From the NCBI GenBank assembly GCA_003170475.1, contig PMZI01000023.1, forward strand, positions 95,084-159,083: 64,000 bases of DNA. Direction: 5' to 3'. The DNA comes from Ignavibacteriota bacterium. GTDB lineage: Bacteria > Bacteroidota > Ignavibacteria > UBA10030. A program made the position numbers and the translations under genes. Below are positions 58,771 to 64,000 of the stretch, piece after piece (the first letter of the stretch is position 1; the number at the start of each line of letters is the position of its first letter). The notes under the pieces are model-generated. The model was not told the origin of the DNA. It did no database searches and was given only the letters and a program-made list of their open reading frames with translations.

Positions 58771-59448
58771 ATGGATTCCATTATTCAGGTTCAGGCTGTT
58801 TCCAAATCGTACTGGCGCGACAGTTTTGAAATTCCCGTGTTGAACAATGTTTCGTTCGAAATCCCTGCGGGAGAGTATCTTGCGCTGATGGGACCCTCTG
58901 GTTCCGGGAAAACAACATTGCTGAACCTCATCGCCGGCATCGATCGCCCGGACAAGGGGCAGATTTCTGTCGCCGGCACCAATATTGGTTCTCTGAGTGA
59001 ATCCCAGCTCGCCAAGTGGCGGTCGACCCACGTTGGTTTCATCTTCCAGTTCTACAATCTGATTCCTGTGCTCACGGCGTACGAAAATGTCGAGCTGCCG
59101 CTGCTTCTTACCTCCCTCTCAAAAAAGGAGCGCCGCCAACACGTTGAAGCAGCGCTGACGGTCGTTGGCCTCCAGGACCGGATGCAACATTATCCGAAGC
59201 AGCTCTCCGGCGGCCAGGAACAACGCGTCGCGATTGCACGAGCAATCGCCACCGACCCGACCATTCTGGTTGCTGATGAACCTACCGGCGATCTGGACAA
59301 GAATTCTGCCGACGAAATTCTGAAGCTCCTCGAACGGCTCAACACAGAGTTTCACAAAACCATTGTGATGGTCACCCACGACCCCCGGGCAGCTGAGAAG
59401 GCAAGGGTTGTCCGACATCTCGACAAGGGCGAATTTAAGCGGAGCTGA
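58771..59448 (+). CDS. ABC transporter ATP-binding protein (LolD/MacB-type)
   Basis: [37 protein letters not shown] and VTHD. Confidence 0.96.
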   Translation: MDSIIQVQAVSKSYWRDSFEIPVLNNVSFEIPAGEYLALMGPSGSGKTTLLNLIAGIDRPDKGQISVAGTNIGSLSESQLAKWRSTHVGFIFQFYNLIPVLTAYENVELPLLLTSLSKKERRQHVEAALTVVGLQDRMQHYPKQLSGGQEQRVAIARAIATDPTILVADEPTGDLDKNSADEILKLLERLNTEFHKTIVMVTHDPRAAEKARVVRHLDKGEFKRS

Positions 59449-59451
59449 CCA

Positions 59452-60612
59452 ATGAAAGTCTTCAAGCTCATATTCAAAAACGCTCTCCGTCATAAGCTCC
59501 GGACGGTTTTGACCGTCGTCGGAATCGCTATCGCCGTTATGGCGTTTGGGCTTCTAAGAACCGTTGTGACGGCCTGGTCTTCCGGTGTTGAAGCTTCAGC
59601 CGCGAACAGGTTGATCACCCGGCAGGCGATCTCGTTTATCTTCCCCCTTCCATACTCCTACCGCGATCAGATTGCAAAGATTCCCGGGGTCGACAAGGTG
59701 ACATATGCGAACTGGTTCGGTGGCACGTATATTGACAAAAACCAGTTTTTTGCCCGGCTTGCCGTCGACGCTGAGACGAATTTCGATCTCTACCCGGAAT
59801 TCCTCGTTCCAGCTGATCAGCTGACAACATTCAAGCGCGAACGAAATTCGTGCATCGTCGGCTCCGACCTCGCGCAGCGCTACAAGCTGAAAATAGGCGA
59901 TGAGATGCAGATGGATGGGGACATTTATCCGGGCACGTGGAATTTTGTCGTTCGGGGAATCTACAAGCCGCGAGACAAAAGCACTGACGCAACGCAGATG
60001 TTTTTCCACTGGCAGTATGTTGACGAACGCATGAAGCAGGACACTCCCGGGCGGGCCGGCAATGTTGGTTGGTATGTCATCCGCATCTCTGACCCCGCAA
60101 GGGCTGGAATAATCTCCGAGCAAGTAGACGCTTTGTTCAAGAATTCGCGCGCGGAGACAAAGACAGAAACCGAGCGGGCATTTCAGCAGGGGTTTGTCGC
60201 CTCGGCGGGCGCGATCATAACGGCAATGAATTTCATTTCCTTTGTCATCATCGGTATCATCCTTCTTGTCGTTGGAAACACGATGATTATGTCCGCACGC
60301 GAGCGAACGCGCGAGTATGCCGTCTTGAAAACCCTCGGATTCTCGGCGGGCCATCTTGTTGGACTGATCCTTGGCGAATCACTATTCATTTCGCTGCTTG
60401 GCGGCGGGCTTGGGCTCTTGGTGACATACCCCTTTATCGCCGGCTTTGCGGCTGTTGTACCCAAGGGATTCTTTCCGGTCTTCAACATCGAGCCCATAAC
60501 AGTCATTCTCGCGGGATCCTCGGCAATCCTGGTCGGACTGCTTGCTTCGCTGTTTCCCATTCAGCGCGCGCTCGGCACCAAAATCGTCGACGGCCTGAGA
60601 CACATCGGATAG
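59452..60612 (+). CDS. ABC transporter permease (MacB/FtsX-like)
   Basis: RHKLRTVLT + TM, a periplasmic domain, ERTREYAVLKTLGF and three C-terminal TMs. Confidence 0.93.
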   Translation: MKVFKLIFKNALRHKLRTVLTVVGIAIAVMAFGLLRTVVTAWSSGVEASAANRLITRQAISFIFPLPYSYRDQIAKIPGVDKVTYANWFGGTYIDKNQFFARLAVDAETNFDLYPEFLVPADQLTTFKRERNSCIVGSDLAQRYKLKIGDEMQMDGDIYPGTWNFVVRGIYKPRDKSTDATQMFFHWQYVDERMKQDTPGRAGNVGWYVIRISDPARAGIISEQVDALFKNSRAETKTETERAFQQGFVASAGAIITAMNFISFVIIGIILLVVGNTMIMSARERTREYAVLKTLGFSAGHLVGLILGESLFISLLGGGLGLLVTYPFIAGFAAVVPKGFFPVFNIEPITVILAGSSAILVGLLASLFPIQRALGTKIVDGLRHIG

Positions 60613-60642
60613 ACTTTCCACACAGAGACGAGAGACTGTTGC

Positions 60643-61812
60643 ATGAAAATTCCATTCAAATATATCGTTCGAAACCTCGGGACCCGGAAATTGACGACAG
60701 GAATCACCGTGCTTGGTGTTGCTCTTGTGGTTTTCGTGTTCGCCGCCGTCCTGATGATGGCTTATGGTGTGCAGAAGACGTTGGTCGCGACGGGGTCAGA
60801 TGAGAATGTTCTCATTGCCCGAAAAGCCGCGAATGGTGAAATTTCGAGCATTATTGACCGGGTCACGGCCGATATCATCATGACTCTCCCCAATATCGCG
60901 AAGACTCCGGATGGAAAACCTCTCGCGTCCGGCGAACCGGTGGTGATCATTAATCTGGAAAAGATCGGGGCGGGGGGCGTCAGCAACGTTACGGTGCGGG
61001 GCGTCTCGCCTCAAGCCTTCTCGCTGAGACCACAGGTGAAACTCAAGGCGGGGAGAATGTTCAAGACGGGCGCACGAGAGCTCGTTGCGGGGACCGCCAT
61101 TGAATCCCGTTTTGCCGGAGCAAAAATTGGTGACGCGGTGCGTTTTGCCGGAGACAACTGGACGGTCGTCGGAACCTTTGACTCTGATGGAAGCGGCTTC
61201 GATTCCGAAATGTGGGGCGACGCAAATCAACTGCTGGATGCATTCAATCGAAATTCTTTCTCCACGCTTACCATCCGGCTCGAGCGGCCGGATGCATTTC
61301 CCGAGTTTGCGGCAGCGTTCGAGAAAGATCAGCGCCTGCAACAGTTTGAGGCAAAGATCGAACGACGCTTTTTTGAAGAACAATCGGAGATGATGGCCGG
61401 CTTTATCAGGATCCTCGGCATTTTTGTCACAGTGATTTTCAGCGCCGGGGCAACGATCGGGGCAACGATTACCATGTATGCTGCTGTAGCGAATCGAACC
61501 GTTGAGGTCGGCACTCTGCGTGCGCTCGGTTTTCGACGCCGGAGTGTTCTCGCCGCATTTCTTACCGAGTCGTTAGTGCTTTCACTTGTCGGTGGTTTTG
61601 TCGGGTTGTTCTTTGCCTCCTTTCTGCAGTTGTTTTCAATCTCCACCCTGAACTTCGGATCTTTTTCCGAACTGGCCTTCTCGTTTGCGTTGTCGCCGTC
61701 TATTGTGATCTCTTCACTTTTGTTCGCAGTCGCAATGGGTTTAATTGGTGGATTCCTTCCGTCGGTGCGGGCCGCGCGCCTCAACATTGTCAGCGCCCTG
61801 CGATCATCGTAA
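60643..61812 (+). CDS. ABC transporter permease (MacB/FtsX-like), second subunit
   Basis: TM, a periplasmic domain, RTVEVGTLRALGF and GGFLPSVRAARL. Confidence 0.93.
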   Translation: MKIPFKYIVRNLGTRKLTTGITVLGVALVVFVFAAVLMMAYGVQKTLVATGSDENVLIARKAANGEISSIIDRVTADIIMTLPNIAKTPDGKPLASGEPVVIINLEKIGAGGVSNVTVRGVSPQAFSLRPQVKLKAGRMFKTGARELVAGTAIESRFAGAKIGDAVRFAGDNWTVVGTFDSDGSGFDSEMWGDANQLLDAFNRNSFSTLTIRLERPDAFPEFAAAFEKDQRLQQFEAKIERRFFEEQSEMMAGFIRILGIFVTVIFSAGATIGATITMYAAVANRTVEVGTLRALGFRRRSVLAAFLTESLVLSLVGGFVGLFFASFLQLFSISTLNFGSFSELAFSFALSPSIVISSLLFAVAMGLIGGFLPSVRAARLNIVSALRSS

Positions 61813-61847
61813 GCGCGAAACCGATCTTCCCGCGGTTATACTCCCCC

Positions 61848-61876
61848 TTGATAGATAGAATCACTCTGTCTATATT
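61848..61876 (+). promoter_or_regulatory. Sigma70-type promoter for the TIGR03546/03545 pair
   Basis: TTGATA, 17 nt spacer, TATATT. Confidence 0.6.
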
Positions 61877-61934
61877 GTAGCACGGCTATTTCTTCCCACG
61901 TCGGTCCTTCTCAACAGTAAGGGCGGTTGAACTC

Positions 61935-62459
61935 ATGTTTTGGCTACAAATCATCAAGGGTTTTATTTCGGTCCTTCGTTCCGGACAAACCCCACGGCAG
62001 ATCGCCGGCGGTTCTGCGCTCGGTGCCATTGTGGGGCTTATGCCATTTTTCACACTCCAGGGGTTACTGCTCTGGCTGGTGATTTTTGTGCTTGACGTGA
62101 ACCTGTCCGCGTCTCTTTTGGCCGTTACCCTCTTTGCGCTCATCGCGTACATTTTAGATCCTCTTTTCCACGCATTAGGGTATTTCCTGCTTGTGGACAG
62201 TTCCTTTCTGCACGCACTCTGGACGTCGTTGTACAACGCCCCTTTTGCCCCCTTGACGCGGTTTAACAATACCGTTGTTCTCGGCAGCTTTGTCGCCGGA
62301 TTCCTGCTCTTTGCTCCTGTCTATTTTGGAATGCATCGTTTTGTAATCGCGTACCGCACCCACCTGCACACAAAGGTGGAGAAGCTCAAGCTCTATCAGG
62401 TTATCAGCAAAAGCTCGCTCGTCAAGTGGTACGACAGAATCAAAAATCTGGCATCCTGA
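61935..62459 (+). CDS. TIGR03546 family membrane protein (DUF2062-like)
   Basis: QTPRQIAGG..LG, LDPLFHALG and LYNAP...LTRFNNTVVLGS. Confidence 0.88.
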   Translation: MFWLQIIKGFISVLRSGQTPRQIAGGSALGAIVGLMPFFTLQGLLLWLVIFVLDVNLSASLLAVTLFALIAYILDPLFHALGYFLLVDSSFLHALWTSLYNAPFAPLTRFNNTVVLGSFVAGFLLFAPVYFGMHRFVIAYRTHLHTKVEKLKLYQVISKSSLVKWYDRIKNLAS

Positions 62460-62461
62460 AT

Positions 62462-64000
62462 ATGCGCAAGAAGTTCGTCTACTTTATCCTTATCCCCGTC
62501 GTTGCGCTCTGCATTGTTGTCTATCTATTCATCGATCGGTGGGTTGAATCGGGACTCGAATCGGCCGGCGAGGCTGCCGTTGGCGCCAAAGTTGAAATCG
62601 ACAACCTTCGACTCTCCCTTTCCCCGATTGCCATACAGTTCTCAAGGCTTCAAGTGGCAAATCCCAAGGACCCCTGGAAGAATGTGTTCGAAACCGGCAA
62701 GGTGCGCTTCTCGCTTGACTTCGGGCAACTGCTGAGGGGAAAATACATCATTGAAACGATGGAGGTCAACAACCTCATCCTCGGCACGAAGCGAACGACC
62801 GACGGAGCGCTGCCGAAGCCTCCCCCGCCACCAGCCAACCAGACCTCTGCTGTTGCCGAACTCACGTCAACCCTGAGCAATGAGGCGCAGAAAGCTCCCG
62901 TCTTCGATCTGAACAAAATCCGCAAGGAGCTGAAGATCGACAGCCTCTTGAATGTGCAGAATCTCCGAAGCGTGCAATACCTTGATACACTGAAGCTGCA
63001 GGTCCAGGACGCGAGCCGCCAGTGGCAAACGACGCTGAACGACATCGAAAAATCAAAACAGCGCCTCAACGACGTGCAGACAAGTATCAACGCTATCAAC
63101 CTCAACGAACTCAAAACGGTTCAGAGTATTACCGCCGCTCTCAACAATGTGAACAACGCTTACAAGGGCATCAACGATATCAACGAGACTTTCAAAAATC
63201 GGCGGACCGCGGTCACAACACAGCTTGACCGCCTCACGACGTCTGTAAACGCACTCGACAACTACGTGCGGTCTGATTACGAAATGGTCCGGCGGCTTGC
63301 CCGCGTACCCGACCTGAGTACGCAGGGTCTGGCAAAGCTCCTCCTCGGCAGGGATATTCTGCAGAAGGTCGGTAGCTATCTTTCGTGGATCGAATTTGCC
63401 CGCACGACGATTCCGAAGTACGTATCAAAACCAGACAACGAAAAACCGCCGCGCTTCAAGGGGCAGGATATCCACTTCCCCGCCGACAGGGCGTACCCAA
63501 AATGGTGGATAAAGAAAATCGCCATCTCGGGGGGCGAAGACAAGGCGCAGAACCCCGATTATTTTTACGCGAACGGTGAAGTTCGCAACATCACCAATGA
63601 TCAGCGGATAACCGGATATCCGTTCACCGTTTCGCTCGCCGGCAGCAAGGCGGGCGGAAGCGCTTTTACCTTCGACGCATCCTTCGATCGTCGGCCAGAG
63701 GTGCCCGTCGACAACTACAAGGTAACCGCATCGAATATCCCGGCGTCCGACATCACATTCGGCCAGGCCGATTTTGTGCCCTCTCGAATCACCAAGGCAA
63801 TCATCAATTCGTCCGCCTCGGTCACTGTGCCCGGCGACCGGTTCGATTCCGAGATCATGCTTACCTTTCACGATCTCACGCTCATCTTTGATCGCGACCC
63901 ACAAGGTGATCTCGAGCGCATCACCCGGGAGGTGATTGCGGGAATTACCGGCTTTAACGTTGGACTGCGCCTGTGGAACACAACCGGCCCGTTGGACGTG
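62462..64000 (+). CDS. TIGR03545 family protein (AsmA-like N-terminus); runs off the window
   Basis: Absent from the ORF track, consistent with having no stop in the window. My translation begins MRKKFVYFILIPVVALCIVVYLFIDRWVESGLESAGEAAVGAKVEI...LQVANPKDPWKNVFE...GTKRTTDGAL; it starts 2 bp after TIGR03546. Confidence 0.85.
   Translation, partial: MRKKFVYFILIPVVALCIVVYLFIDRWVESGLESAGEAAVGAKVEIDNLRLSLSPIAIQFSRLQVANPKDPWKNVFETGKVRFSLDFGQLLRGKYIIETMEVNNLILGTKRTTDGALPKPPPPPANQTSAVAELTSTLSNEAQKAPVFDLNKIRKELKIDSLLNVQNLRSVQYLDTLKLQVQDASRQWQTTLNDIEKSKQRLNDVQTSINAINLNELKTVQSITAALNNVNNAYKGINDINETFKNRRTAVTTQLDRLTTSVNALDNYVRSDYEMVRRLARVPDLSTQGLAKLLLGRDILQKVGSYLSWIEFARTTIPKYVSKPDNEKPPRFKGQDIHFPADRAYPKWWIKKIAISGGEDKAQNPDYFYANGEVRNITNDQRITGYPFTVSLAGSKAGGSAFTFDASFDRRPEVPVDNYKVTASNIPASDITFGQADFVPSRITKAIINSSASVTVPGDRFDSEIMLTFHDLTLIFDRDPQGDLERITREVIAGITGFNVGLRLWNTTGPLDV

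Overview
A gene-dense, roughly 50-55% GC (estimated by eye) chromosomal segment with about 50 CDS and one tRNA-Gly(CCC). Gene content (Bat/MoxR operon, AddAB-type repair pair, DUF2911, DUF5916, TIGR03545/46, secreted tricorn protease) points to a Gram-negative FCB-group bacterium, probably Ignavibacteria-like; that placement is inference. I see no integrase, transposase, prophage, CRISPR array or rRNA. Housekeeping and envelope genes include sulP (partial), an M20 peptidase, dnaB, an AmiA-like amidase, a TrmH-type methyltransferase, doxX-msrA, addAB, a GH3/GH116/GH29 glycosidase cluster, hrpB, moxR-bat and a MacAB-like ABC exporter. The most notable signals are: (1) a sensor kinase, GacA/UvrY-like regulator, ammonium transporter and porin locus with no adjacent GlnK, where two 18-bp GacA-box-like sites 22 bp apart lie just upstream of a putative amt -10 element; (2) a recurring ECF-sigma-type promoter (GGAAC-N18-GTT or GAAC-N17-GTCCA) in front of six otherwise unrelated transcription units; (3) a translationally coupled three-gene operon led by a CHASE2-like sensor with no output domain; (4) a lipoprotein fusing a TonB C-terminal domain to a degenerate parvulin. 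All family assignments come from motif recognition, not database searches.
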